Assembly (NCBI GenBank): GCA_023231475.1
Contig: JALJEE010000596.1
Coordinates: 1 to 64,000 of the forward strand
DNA from: Seison nebaliae
Lineage: Eukaryota
Length of the DNA stretch: 64,000 bases
Direction: 5' to 3'
The notes beneath the pieces were generated by a model, which saw only the letters and a program-made list of their open reading frames with translations, made no database searches and was not told where the DNA came from. The position numbers were made by a program, and so were the translations under genes. This document shows, piece after piece, positions 41,321 to 53,913 of the stretch (position 1 is the first letter of the stretch; every line of letters starts with the position of its first letter).

Positions 41321-42974
41321 TCAGGGAGTTTTCTTATATTTCTTTAATTTTTCATTCCATTGATAAACTAATAGTCCACCTTCAGTCTGATTAGCCACCA
41401 ATAGGAAATTTTCAAACACACCAATAGTTCCCACCTGGAAACCACAGCCGATACTCTGAATCACTTGGATTGGCATCGAACGTCCATAGATGAATATTCG
41501 TTTCTGTGTTGCAAATATGAGATGAGATTTAGTGGCTTCGAACGCAACAATTTTAGTGCGTTCTGGTTGAGCGAATCTCATTTCTTGGATTACCCAACTA
41601 TTTTCCGCTTTCTCTTCTTTTTCCTTTTCTTCCTTATTTGTATTCGACTTTGTATTACGACTAAATCGATATGTTCGATTGGCATCATCAATTATCAGAT
41701 AATGAATGGACTTATCATTCGTCGGATAGGATAATCGTCTAATGGATTTGGGTGAGCAATTGGTTGGACTCATATCTACACATTTGACACTTTGACCATT
41801 CGTATAATTTAGCCACTGAACCCGGTTATTATACTTGTCAGCAACCAGAAGAACGTCACTCGTTAGGAATGGAGCAATTGATGCAGCCATATAATATTCA
41901 CCGAATTGTGCACCAATTTTATTTGCCATCTTTCTAACTAAATTCCCGTTCAACTCATGAATATAAATTCCAGGTTGTTTGTTGTCACATTCACAAATGA
42001 AAAGTAAATTCTGATAAATTGTCATATCATGAATGTCTGAGTAACAGGTTTTGATCCAATCTGAATCGAACAAATATTTCCGTTTCTTTCCTTCAGAAAT
42101 TTTCCAACAAAAAACTTTCGTCGATGTTCCCGTAATTATTCCTTTGTTGAACATACAAATATATTTCCATTTCATCTTATTCACTTCCACGTCGTCAAAT
42201 ATTATCCTTCTCCGATTCACCAATAGTTGTCCCACATTATTCTTCTCATCTTCAGATATTTCACTCGTATTTTTATTCTTTATTTTCTCTACACTCTTCA
42301 TCAAATGATTAGCGACATCTTCCATTTCCACCTTAAACTTTTCCGGCAATATAGGAATATCCGTTTTCAAAAGGAAATTTGTGGAATTTTTAATTTCTTC
42401 AGTCAACAAATTGATAATTCGATGAAACTGTTTCAAGATCTCTTCAGCATTGTTATCTCCCTCCAATTTCATTTCATCCTTTTTATTGAAAAATGTATAA
42501 AAGGCTTTCTGTTTCACATTCAACATCTGCGTTTGCACTCGCTCCAAATCATTTTTCACCGTCATCGCCGTTTTCCTAATTCGAAAAATAGTTTTAAACA
42601 AATTTTAAAAAATGTCTTAATTGAAACTCATATTTGATACATTTACCGAGATCTTCACTTTGTTTATTAAATAATTTATTGATTGTACATAACGCGTGAT
42701 TATAATTCTTTCGGAAATCCTCCAACACACTGTTCCTCTTTGCTAAACGAACTTTTAGATTTGATAATAATTTTATTTATCTAAATAACATTGAAATAAG
42801 AAGAAAACTTTGAGCTTCATTCACTTTTGAATCGGTCAATATCTTCGAAATTAATTGTTGTTGTTTTGTCGCTGCCGTTTCTAGATGATAATAGAAATCT
42901 TGAATTGTTTCAAAAGTTCCCGCGCAGTGATCGCAATGATGTTCCACTGAAGATGTGATGATTGTGTTATCCAT
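41321..42974 (-). CDS. Protein with N-terminal CxxC/His zinc-finger-like motif, coiled coil and C-terminal NHL-like beta-propeller; 3 exons (42974-42809, 42751-42628, 42575-41321)
   Basis: CDHCAGTFETIQDFYYH, a helical middle region, and blade-like repeats LLFICECDN..IYIHELNG and VLLVADKYNNRVQWL. Introns 42808-42752 (GTTTTC..AAAAG) and 42627-42576 (GTTTCA..TAG). Confidence 0.65.
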
Positions 42975-43235
42975 TTTAGGTGAGTTTTATTTCAGTACTT
43001 GAAAATGGAAGAAAATGAAAATTTAATGAAAAATTGATGTAAAATTTTTGATTTGGAAAATCAAAATAAATTCCATTTTTGAACAATCTATATAGAACGA
43101 ATTTGAACGGCTTATCAATATTAGAATAAATGATTTAACTCATTCTTCTTATTGAATTATTTTATTGTTTTTTGTTGATAGTCCTTTCTTCTTCTTTCCT
43201 TCTTCTAACTGTTTTTATTTAGCTTTTTATGTTTT

Positions 43236-44170
43236 ATGAGTTCTCAAAATACCATCAGATCTTCCAAATTGTCACCGATTGGTACAAGTTTCCTTCTAAT
43301 AAATTTTAGTTCTTATGCAATATTAAATTCTTTAGGAAAAGAATCGAGTAAATCGAATCGTCATGAAAATTCGAATCATTCTAAAAGAAGTTAAATTTAA
43401 TATTCTTTTATTATGAAATTACTAAATTTTTAATGTAGTGGGAATAGAAAAATTTAGGAGAGACAAAAAGGATAAACCAAGATGTTTAATTTATTAACTA
43501 GTTTTTAATGTCTTAATTTGTCTTTCAGTTTCTGATGGAAATAAAAAAGATATTCAACTAAAACTAGATAAATTTGCAAGTTTTCAACAATTCAGCGTTG
43601 AAGAAAGAATAATTTTTGAATAAATTCAGAATCTGTTGAAGATCTTCGTGATGTGCCGAGATTAAGTGTTTCAATGAATTCCCCAAGAAATAGTCTCGAT
43701 ATCGATTTGAAAAAGTTTTCTTGTTTTTCAAAAAAATTTTAACTTTAATTTGATTAATCATTCTAAAAGAAAGATCGATTACACAAACAAAGGTTATCAT
43801 AACCAATTGACGGATAAATATGAGAATGAACTAGTTTAATTAAAATTAAAGGTAAATTAACTTTCTTTTATAAAAAGGAGCAACAACCTCGTGCAACTCT
43901 GAATAGAATTAGCATAAGTGAAGTTTGTTCCTCAATTTCATTATTTTAATAATAATATTTAAGAGTGTTGATCATTTAAATCGTCCACGCTCGTTAGCAG
44001 GAATGCCTTCATTGGAGCACACTGAATGGATCACCGGATTTAGAAATGTTAGTTAATTTCTTCTATTAGTCTAATTCGTCTAATAATAAATTAATCGATT
44101 TTACTATCTACGAAATTAGTCGTTACAACAAAGGTTTACTGAAGAGAATATAATAAAACCGAAAAAATAG
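43236..44170 (+). CDS. 176-aa basic hypothetical protein from 9 small exons (43236-43287, 43336-43389, 43439-43483, 43529-43579, 43630-43714, 43770-43833, 43878-43922, 43964-44047, 44120-44170)
   Basis: Eight GTT..AG introns of 41-72 nt give an uninterrupted ATG-to-TAG frame of 531 nt: MSSQNTIRSSKLSPIGTRKESSKSNRHENSNHSKRMGIEKFRRDKKDKPRFSDG..RPRSLAGMPSLEHTEWITGFRNSLQQRFTEENIIKPKK. Not in the ORF track. Confidence 0.65.
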
Positions 44171-44267
44171 TCACTTAATATAACTGATCATTTTGTAACG
44201 GTGTTTGCAAAAAAATTTTCTAAATAAATTTCTTAGGTATATTTCTTAATAGTAGCTACATGTCATC

Positions 44268-44340
44268 GGCCGCGTGGCCCAATGGACAAGGCGTCCGACT
44301 TCGAATCGGAAGATTGCAGGTTCGAGTCCTGCCGTGGTCG
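44268..44340 (+). tRNA. tRNA-Arg, anticodon TCG
   Basis: 73-nt cloverleaf GGCCGCG..CGTGGTC-G, with D-arm TGGCCCAATGGACAAGGC, anticodon arm TCCGA-CTTCGAA-TCGGA and T-arm GCAGG-TTCGAGT-CCTGC. Confidence 0.97.
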
Positions 44341-44829
44341 ATAAAATTTTTCAATATTTTTACCACTCAATATTGAATTAGAGTACAAAAATGTACTTGT
44401 TTATTATGAAATATGATGATGAACATAATTATTTCGGAAATATAATCAACTAAAACATAAGTTATTCTTTGGTGTCACATTTAAGTGCTACGATTAGTCA
44501 AAACTTCAGAAGATGATATCGATGGTTTTTCTTTCTAATTTCCATGCATATTTCTAATCATTCACATGAGATAAACTTATTGACGTCACTGTTTGATCTA
44601 CTTATTCGACCAAGAATATTGAATAATTTCAGAATTAAAAGTCAGATATGAGATGATCGTCTGAATTTATCGAGTCATGATATAATTTTGAATAAATTTT
44701 TAATTTCAAATTATTCGACTTTTATTCTATTAGTCAGATGAATAATGGACAATAAGTACAATTTCAGGAGGAGAACTACCTGAAACAGCAAAATAGATGA
44801 ATTGAATGTCAATGATGATAGGAATGCAT

Positions 44830-44843
44830 GTTGTCATGGAAAC
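44830..44843. promoter_or_regulatory. Candidate RFX X-box
   Basis: GTTGTCATGGAAAC fits the GTHNYY-AT-RRNAAC X-box consensus and lies ~800 nt upstream of the ATG at 45638. Confidence 0.45.
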
Positions 44844-45637
44844 AGATGGAAAATGTATTAGAAATTTGAAGGTTATGAACCTTTGTCAATTATTAGGGAA
44901 GATGGTGAATGATATTAAAGAGGAATGTATAATAACTATAATAATGTCAACAATTCATTCATGCTTAGTCCGAACGAATCGTAGATGAAGAATCATTATC
45001 AATTATCTTATCATATATTTTTCTGTTCTTCTTATTAATTTATTGAATGACGACAATGATTTAGGTTATCATTCCTCCCTAAATCGTAGATAAAAATGTC
45101 TGGTAGTAGAAGGGAAATTGGTAGTCAGTGAAAATTAAATGAGGAATGTTTGATTAAAAAGTAAAAGCCAGACAAGATATTTCGACGATATGTACGGAGA
45201 GATATGTCGTAGATACCTTTGAAATGATAGAAGTTCCCTCCATTTTATCGAAAAAGGTAGAAATGATTGATATTCAATATAATATTATGCTAATGTTCCA
45301 ATAAGAGAACATCAGAAGATATATGTGACAGATGATTCATATCTCAAAAATGTCTTCATAAAAAAGACTCGTCTGTTCAAAGAGAGATTTTCACAATTTC
45401 GAACAAGCATCGGAAGAAGTCAAAAAATTGTGTGATTGAGAAATATCTCTCTATTTTCACTTAACTATAATTCCACATAAAAAGTCTAACTAATATTTAA
45501 GTGATGACAAATATAATTTAACGTCAATATCGTCATCAAATGAAATAACGTATGAGGAGGATTTCTTATTCGGTCTTATCAAAATTTCATTTAAGTTCAT
45601 TCCTCTAACAATTAAAGTTTCTCTTCTCCAAATTATC

Positions 45638-47167
45638 ATGAGTGGACATAAATTCTCTTACAATAATTCTCGTCGTTTAACATCGAATAATAAATCGCAA
45701 GATGAACATCGTCTTCATAGTCAGACGCCGTCAGCTAACAATTTCTCGAGATATTCCCCAATCTGGAAAACATCACCAGGAGCTGAAGTATTTGCTTTGA
45801 GAGGAAACGATTCAATGTCGTCTATATCTCAGGATGAGAATTCGATTGATTCCAAATACAAAAGTCGATATAAACCGAATAAATACCTATCGAAACGATT
45901 GAGCGATACAAGTGTCACTGGAATTACATTCACCATTTATGACAATGAAGATAATAAGGAGCGTATTATCAATCATGATTATCTCGCTTCACATGTGAAA
46001 GATGCGAAATTGTATCTTCCGAAAATTTGTTTAAGTGACAATGAAAGTTCAACGAATAATAAACGATCGAGTAAGAAAAAGTCAAATCAGAAGATTGAAC
46101 AAAATAATGGAAAAAATAGTTCACAAAAAGTCTTCGTTTATTCTCCATCTTCATCGATCACCGAGAAAAAGAAACCGGTAGTACAATGTAAAATTGATAA
46201 GAATCTACTCCAAATCACAGAAGATTTATATATCGGCTCGTTGTCGAGTTTGAGGAATGAGAAGAATTTGTGTAATAGAAATATCGAATTCTTCATCGAT
46301 TTCACTCATTTGCCGCCAGATTTGTTAAAGAAGCAAAGTCATTTCGGTTTTATTCCGTGTAATTGTAATCTCACTCCAAGAAATTCGAACGAGTCGTTCG
46401 ATAAGAAATCACATTCCAAATGTACGATGGCAATTGATCTGACATCTACAGAACATCTCTCGAAATTTTATTTCGATAACGGTTCTGTTCCACTTCACAA
46501 CGAAATAATTTATGATAAACTAATTTACGAACCTGTTGATATGGATAAGAGGAAGAATTCGAATAATAAACATGGAAGTAATACAACTGATTTATTTGTG
46601 GCTTCTGATTATAAATCATCTCCTCCAGCTTTCACTTATTCGGACATTTATCAGGAATTGGTATCGATGTTCGAATCGATCAATGATTTTATTGGAAAGG
46701 CGAAAAAACAGGATAAATCAGTTTTGATTTATTTAGTCAATAATCCGAAAACAGGAGAATCTACAAATCTTTATGAACAAAGATTATATGGTGAGACATT
46801 GACGAGTAAATATCGAGATATTAATCGAATCTCATCAATCATATTAGATGCCACTATCATCCAATATTTAATGTTGGGTGAACGATTGAAACAAGAGGAA
46901 GCGATCGATAAATATTTGAGGAAGAAACAATCGTCATGTCAAACGAATAATGATACAACTTCAAACAACAACAACAACAACAAGAATAATAATATTGATA
47001 ATGGAATAAATCCAACGACAAATTTTAAATCGAAATGTTCCAGATCATTATCACGATCAACCACCACAACATCGACAACGACATCATCCATCAATTGTAC
47101 GGTGGTAATTGATCAGATGTTACAGAAATATTTATCCTCTATCGAAATGCAAATGTTACGGAGATAA
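45638..47167 (+). CDS. Dual-specificity-phosphatase-fold protein lacking the catalytic motif (pseudophosphatase)
   Basis: DSP elements QITEDLYIGSLSSLRNEKNLCNRNIEFFID, MFESINDFIGKAKKQDKSVLIY and ATIIQYLM..LKQEEAI are present. HCxxGxxR is replaced by YLVNNPK plus an insertion. Confidence 0.7.
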   Translation: MSGHKFSYNNSRRLTSNNKSQDEHRLHSQTPSANNFSRYSPIWKTSPGAEVFALRGNDSMSSISQDENSIDSKYKSRYKPNKYLSKRLSDTSVTGITFTIYDNEDNKERIINHDYLASHVKDAKLYLPKICLSDNESSTNNKRSSKKKSNQKIEQNNGKNSSQKVFVYSPSSSITEKKKPVVQCKIDKNLLQITEDLYIGSLSSLRNEKNLCNRNIEFFIDFTHLPPDLLKKQSHFGFIPCNCNLTPRNSNESFDKKSHSKCTMAIDLTSTEHLSKFYFDNGSVPLHNEIIYDKLIYEPVDMDKRKNSNNKHGSNTTDLFVASDYKSSPPAFTYSDIYQELVSMFESINDFIGKAKKQDKSVLIYLVNNPKTGESTNLYEQRLYGETLTSKYRDINRISSIILDATIIQYLMLGERLKQEEAIDKYLRKKQSSCQTNNDTTSNNNNNNKNNNIDNGINPTTNFKSKCSRSLSRSTTTTSTTTSSINCTVVIDQMLQKYLSSIEMQMLRR

Positions 47168-47183
47168 TTTATTATTATGGAAG

Positions 47184-47202
47184 TTAATGATCTTCATCAT
47201 CA

Positions 47203-47242
<40 letters not shown>

Positions 47243-49708
47243 CTTTCTTAAAAATTTGTCTAATCCGATTAAAGATTGTTGTGAGACGTTGATGTCCGTG
47301 ATTCTTCTTTTTCTGTCCGTTGCACTTCTTCGCCAAATGTGTCAAATCAGATTTTGAAGGACGAAAAAATGTTGTTGCTTTCGTGCACGTCTGCAGTTGA
47401 ATCGATGTGTTACTCTCGTTCAATCGTTGAATGAGTCGATTGCGTTTCATGTTTTGTAGTTTAGTAAATGATTTCGATTTGTTCATTTGGAATTCGTCGT
47501 CTTTCCATTTCTGATGAGTGACACGCATTAATTCCGTTGTATACAAGAACATGTTTATACGTAATTGTTTAACAATTCCTGCGAGTAGTTCATCGATATT
47601 ACTATGTAAAGCAGCTGATGTTTCAATCATTTTACAATTATATGACTTCGATAATAACCTCACATCTATTAATTATTAATTAATATTATTATATAATTAA
47701 TTATATAAATTATAAATTTAATTTGAATTTAAAATACAAACCATCTAAACGGACTTGACGAGTGCGAACGAGATCACTTTTATTCCCAACGAGAATTATT
47801 GGTTTATATGAATTCTTCTCCTGTTCTCTCAATCGACGAACGGTATCAGCACATAAACTATAAGTGTATTCGTCAGATATCGCATAAACGAGAACGATGG
47901 CAGCGAATCCATTTGCACCAACATCGCCATCAGAAAAATTATCATTATTTAATGATGCTGTTGTCGTTATCGTCGTTATCGGAGTAGTAGTTGTAGCTGT
48001 TTCTATTAGATCATTCTCATTCAACGATCTTCTAATTCTTTCGATATCTAAATTTTTCGTACCGATTCCCCGATTAACTATCTTCTGTACATGATCGATA
48101 CTCTAACGGATTTAACGGGAAAATAAAACCGATATTCGAAAAACGATAAAAAAAATTGAGAAGTTAAAAGGAGAAAAGAAATTAACAGATGTATCGAGTA
48201 TATCAAAATAAGTATATCTCAGATATGATGGTGAGTTGTCCAATAGAACATGAACTTCATTACAATCAGTTTCAGCTAATAAAATAAATGAAAACTTTAG
48301 ATGAATTGATAAAAATATTCCAACTTATAGAACTTCGAAGTATATATGTGCCACGATATTCACTCGTTTGAAATTGTTTGCCAATTGACGATTTGCCAAC
48401 ACCTGGGAAACCGGCGAATAAGATATCATAATTCTCAATCTTCTCTAACGGATCATCGACATCTAATGATGAAGTCATTTGATCCGTACTCAAATTGGTA
48501 GTGACGGTTGTGATACTTTGATTGGGATAATTATTATTTTGTGTTGAAGCAGAAATTTTCTTTACCGTTTCCTTCGATGTTCCCTTATATTTCATGAGTT
48601 GTTGATGTCTCAATGAGAGTTCGGATTCCGGACGATTTTGTAAACTGAATTTTCTCGGCAATGTTGATTGACGTTGAAGAGCATGGATTCGTTGAGAACC
48701 ATTTCTAATTAATCGTTGACTAGTTGATAAGATTGAATCAGTCTTCTTATGATGGTTCAATTGAGCGTTTGGTGGTAATCTGCGTAAACTTCTAGAAGAT
48801 GAATATTTACTGCTCATCTTCTTTCTTGATGATCGGTTCTTGAAAGAATCGCCTCTGTTTATAATTCCAGAATTTCCAGAAGAATTGAAATTTCTTGTCA
48901 GAATCCAATCGTTCGTATTTCCACTAATGAGTGTGTTCGTGAGATTTGTATCGAACCTTGGAACTGGAACATTAATACTATTCTTCTTTTTCTTATTCCT
49001 CTTATGATTGGAGTGAGTCTGGAGATGTTGCTTTCCATTAGCATGCTCTCCCAATATATTGATATTGCTGTTCGACAGATTCGCATCATTAATCATGTTC
49101 GATAACGATTTTCTCATAGGCAAACTATCACTTCTCTTCTCTCGTCGCCATGAGAAGGATAATGATGATGCTGATGATCTTGGAGAATGTTTCCGAATAG
49201 TTTCATCATTATCTTTCATCATTTCATGATTTATTCTATCGTTTTTGAAAGATGATGAGGATGAATCATTTTGATGACGCTTCATACTTCGTCGAGATTT
49301 CGTCGAACATGTACGAATGAGAATTTGGGGATCGCCCAAACATTTAGTGGAGAATAATAATCTCCTTTCTTCCGCACTCAACAAATAAGCAGGATTCCGT
49401 CTTACATACTTCCCATCATTCTCGATGTAATTGTCCGGATGCTGATTATCTGTTGGTTCGACTATCATGTTTTTCTTCTTCTTCTTTATATTATGAGAAT
49501 CTTTCATTAACTCTTGTCCATAATTTGTGGGAGATTCGTCTTCCATTTCCAATCGTGTCGAACCATCACCATTGCGATGATATAAAGAAATGTTATTGAT
49601 AATTCCATTTGCATTCTCGTTGTCATACTCTTCTATGAAAATTTTTGGATTATTATTATAATTATTGTTCTTGTTATTGTTGTGATAAGTCATGTTTAAT
49701 TCATACAT
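47184..49708 (-). CDS. RGK-family (Rad/Gem/Rem) small GTPase with long N-terminal extension; 4 exons (49708-48325, 48275-48187, 48102-47742, 47665-47184)
   Basis: GIINRGDSF, GFPGVGKSSIGKQFQTSEY, IVLVYAISD, PIILVGNKSDLVRTRQV and KMIETSAALHSNIDELLAGIVKQLR. Introns 48324-48276, 48186-48103 and 47741-47666 are all GTT..TAG. Confidence 0.85.
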
Positions 49709-52557
49709 ATCTCCAGTTCACATGAATTCTTAAATTTCTACCAATAATTTTTCTATTCATGTCAACATGAAAAATGAAAGAAACAATCCCTTCCTTCATA
49801 AAAAGAGCAAATACCAAGTTTATTTCAATTCACTCAATTATTGTCCAAATTTTATTGACATATAACATGCAGTTCGATAATCGATATCAGTTTAATGTTT
49901 CATCTTTAAAAGGAGAAAAAATCAATTATCAAACAATTTACTATCAAATTCTTTCCTTCCGTTTTCACTATTAATATTTTACTACGAATTAATGATTATA
50001 GTTGTCGTTGTTACACATTTGACGAATGTTTTCTGCATTTTCCAATTTATTAAGAAATTGAAGAAAAAATTATTAATTAACAACGAATAGAAAATTAGCT
50101 ACGATGAGTCAAATGAGTTTCGTCCTTTGTTTCAAATTAATTTCTTCGACCAACCATAAAGTTCATTGGAAAGATTATTTCATTTAGTTCATTATGCGGA
50201 AAATGTAAGCATGATTTACATAGTTTTCGGTTGTTACCAATATATGTATAAGTTACTTGGACATCATTCTTCAATCATTCAACTTCTAGGGGGATTGGAC
50301 TAGTCATTTATTCACCTATTCAACGGATCTCTCGTTTACTTAATCGGCACTACCTCCAATTACACATACGCACGCACTTCTGCACTTCCAATTTGTCTGA
50401 TAGAAGAATAATACATCAGTTTCTTTCTTATCAACTTTTCCATTTCCATCATCATCTTTTCCCTCAATCAATGGTATTCATTATATAAACAGAAAAGTAA
50501 TATTGATTGATGCAAGATTCACAATTCTCTTAATTTCATTCGTTTTTTTTCCGTTTTCTACTAATATTTTTGTTTATTATCAAATATTATGATAACTGGA
50601 AACTGCGTGTGCGTAAGGGAAGTGTTTAAAACAGTTTTCTTCTTCTTCTCTCACGTACTATTATCCCATACGATAGTGTACTTTCACTCTCACAGAAATC
50701 GAAGTGTAAATGTTTACAGGAAAAATAGAATGAGTAAGTGGATTAGGTGGTGAATAAAACAAATGAATTTCATAATAATAGTCGAAAATCAAGTCAAACG
50801 GATGAAGAGAGAAGTTTGGAGAGTGGTTCTAAGGTAGCAAGCGAATTCTTGTCCATTAACCCAATGCTTAACGACTGTGCTTAGATGGAGAATAAACATT
50901 TTAAATTGAACATTTCTTCCAAGAAGTTTATTTGAAGAAAAATTAGAAAAGAATGTTAATTTCGAAAGAAGATTGCCAGTTAAATCTATTATTGTTTTCC
51001 CGATGTTAGTCATATATATTCCTGCGATTTACTCACTTATCTCACTTATGCTACTTACTTAACACTACTTATTAATTCGAATGTTCTCCCTTCATCTTCT
51101 TCTTGTTTCGGACGATGTAAAAAGGATTTTGCTTTAAAAGAAAACTTATCAATTTGATATTTGTCAGAGATAAAAAAATTACTTTATCTATCACTTACCG
51201 TGTTCATTTTGCCATTCGGATAATATATATTTTCTTTTCCATTTATATGCACACTATTTCATCCTCCCCGTCTTCATCATTTTATTATTATCATCATCTT
51301 CACCATCATCATCAACATCCTCAATAACAACAACAACAACAACAAGGAATAATCAAAAGAATATCATCATCAAATCGTAGTAATAATGATATCATCACTC
51401 TTACAGTTTACTTATTTATTTGCCTCTCCCAATTCTTCTCATTTCATTTCATTCTACATTTCTTCGTTCTCATTTTAAAACTCTTCCAAATGACTATATC
51501 GTGTCCGATACGTACCAACGTATTAGTTTACGAACTGACACGGAGCTCTCTGATCGGAACATAGTGAGAATTAGTAAGACTAGAAAATACTTATTATCTC
51601 AACATATTGAATGTTTAGTGGGGAGGAAGATAGGCGAGTCGAACATACATAGATAGACAGACAAACAGACGAATGAATGCATGCAGTCCATAGATCATAT
51701 GCATGTACGGACGATGAACACATGGATATTCAATATTCGAATTCATCTAAAACAATTATTTCTCTGTTTGCTTAAATGAGAACATGAAAGGAAATATTTT
51801 GGTTTCGATGTAATAAGGAAGAAAGGAACAATCTCAAATCGAAGGTGAATGAATCGCATGAGAAGAATGAATGAAATTTGAGGAGAAATTATGATGATCT
51901 CAACAATCATTAGTATACGAGTGGCCAATGCATTCATTCATTACGTCTCACATTACTAAATGATAGCACATTTCTCTGACGAATCTCCAATTCCAATTCG
52001 TCTTCAAATTTATCTTATCTAATTTATTCTTAGCACTCCCAAACCAACAGTCAGATCGTGACTCATTTCCTCCCCAACAAATTCCCATTTTCTTTTGAAA
52101 TGGATATTTAATGGATTTTCTTCTCATTTGATTTTCAGGATTCTCCTCGATACATTACTTCCCCTCCAAACATTCTCTCACACGAAACATTGACGTCTTT
52201 TCATGCTCATTTCCCCTTCTCATTTCACCCACAAACCATCACACGGCCGATTGATGACTAACAAACAAAGTTCGTAAGAACAAAAACGAATTGCACTTAC
52301 AACAACTAGGAAATGTTGAACTCTTTTTTCTCATTTTTAATTAATGAACATATCTCAGAACGTTTCTGTCTTCTATTAACGAATTCGTTTCATAAACAAA
52401 TAAGAAAAATATTCGGAATATATTACATTACCAATTTAAAATTGAAATAATTAATTAAAGTTAATGAGTCGTTAATTGAATGAGAGATGGAAATTATTTG
52501 AACGAATCTTTTAATAGCCAATAAGTTCAAATTAAATGGTTTCTCATATTATACAGA

Positions 52558-53847
52558 TTACTTCTTCTTGTACGATTTACGAATCCTTCCACTCTTCACT
52601 TTTTTGATGTCAGGTGTCTTCGGTTTGATCTTTGTTCGTGTTGACGTTGTTATGGTGAAGAATGAATCAATTCGACCTTGTTGTACTGAATTCTTCGCTT
52701 TCCTTAATTTGATGCAACCATTCCGAATTCGATCTTCACTAAATCCTTTCTCTTTCACCATATACTCCACCAACTCCTCTTCATTCGGCTCTAACCATTT
52801 CAGTTGTTCGTCCAGTTCCTTCGCCGACGTTACCGGATGCTCCACAAACAGTTGTCTCGCTTTCTCGTATTGCCAATCGTCAGGAACGCCATATTTCTTC
52901 TTATCTAAATTTTTAATAATCGTTTCGATATCCGAATATTTCTTGATCAATTCAACCGCTCGTTTTGGACCAATACCTCGAATCGATTCACAATAATCAC
53001 ATCCCAATAATATACAGAGATCAATAAACTTTTCTTTATTGGAAATGAACAGAATTTTGAGAAAATTAAACTTGTGTCGAAGTGAAATTTAGATCTTGTA
53101 AAATTTTCTGATAATCGAATTGTTGAATATTCATTTTTCTGAAAGGAAAAAATTTATTTTTTTAATTTTAATTTTTTTTAAAAATTTTTCAAAAAATTGA
53201 ACTTTGCTTCACTCGCATTGAGATGACGAAGGAGAACGGGCGTTCCAAACGTCAAACAATCCATATCTTCAGTACCCGCACCATAAACTTCACCTCCTTT
53301 CACTAATTCAGCACATTGTGCTTCTGCTTCACAAGGAGCCTTGATAAAGAAGTTTTTAAATAAATTAAATGAAGAAATTTCGAACGATTACGAAAGGAAT
53401 TCCCATCAATTTCAATAAATTTTGACATTCCTCCACATGAACTTTCGTCACTTTTACTAATCGTTTACTAAATTTATCGATCATTTCTACATCACCTTTC
53501 GTTTTCGCTTCTGTTAATTCTTTCTCCGCTTCACTTCTCTTCTCAGCTCGTTTCTTCAATTCTAACGATTTCATTTCTGGTGCTTTCCCATCAAATACAT
53601 AAACTGGTTTAATTCCGTTATCTGCCAATCGAATTGTCCGATAGAATAAACCGATTAAATGAGATGTCGTTTCTCCATCAGTACCAGTCAAATTCGATCC
53701 GTCTTGTCTAACAGCAACGAGAAATTGATAAATAGACATTGACGCATCGATAGCAATTCTTCGACCGAAATATGAATTCAATTTATTCTCACGAACAGCA
53801 TTCGGAGCCATATCACACAAAAGTTGAGCGAGACCTTTAATTCCCAT
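52558..53847 (-). CDS. FEN1: Flap endonuclease 1; 4 exons (53847-53386, 53339-53203, 53138-53072, 53028-52558)
   Basis: [65 protein letters not shown] and PIP box QGRIDSFF. Introns 53385-53340, 53202-53139 and 53071-53029 are fixed by conserved protein sequence. Confidence 0.97.
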
Positions 53848-53872
53848 GATAATGAATGAAATGAAATAAACT

Positions 53873-53913
53873 CTGAAGAATAGAAAGAAAAAATAAATGA
53901 AATTATATTTAAA
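53873..53913 (-). other. Unpaired 3' splice acceptor (U-rich tract + TTCTTCAG) in the 66-nt DTWD2-FEN1 spacer; candidate trans-splice site
   Basis: The minus strand after the DTWD2 stop reads tttaaatataatttcatttatttttttctttctattcttcAG, then 25 nt to the FEN1 ATG. There is no GT between the stop and the AG. Confidence 0.4.

Noticed and set aside
52568..52996. Antisense ORFs over real genes (also 5499..5768, 7269..7469, 23763..24038, 60173..60448)
   Set aside because: They are shadow frames of coding strands; the poly-Leu/Ile runs come from AAT/CAA codon repeats.
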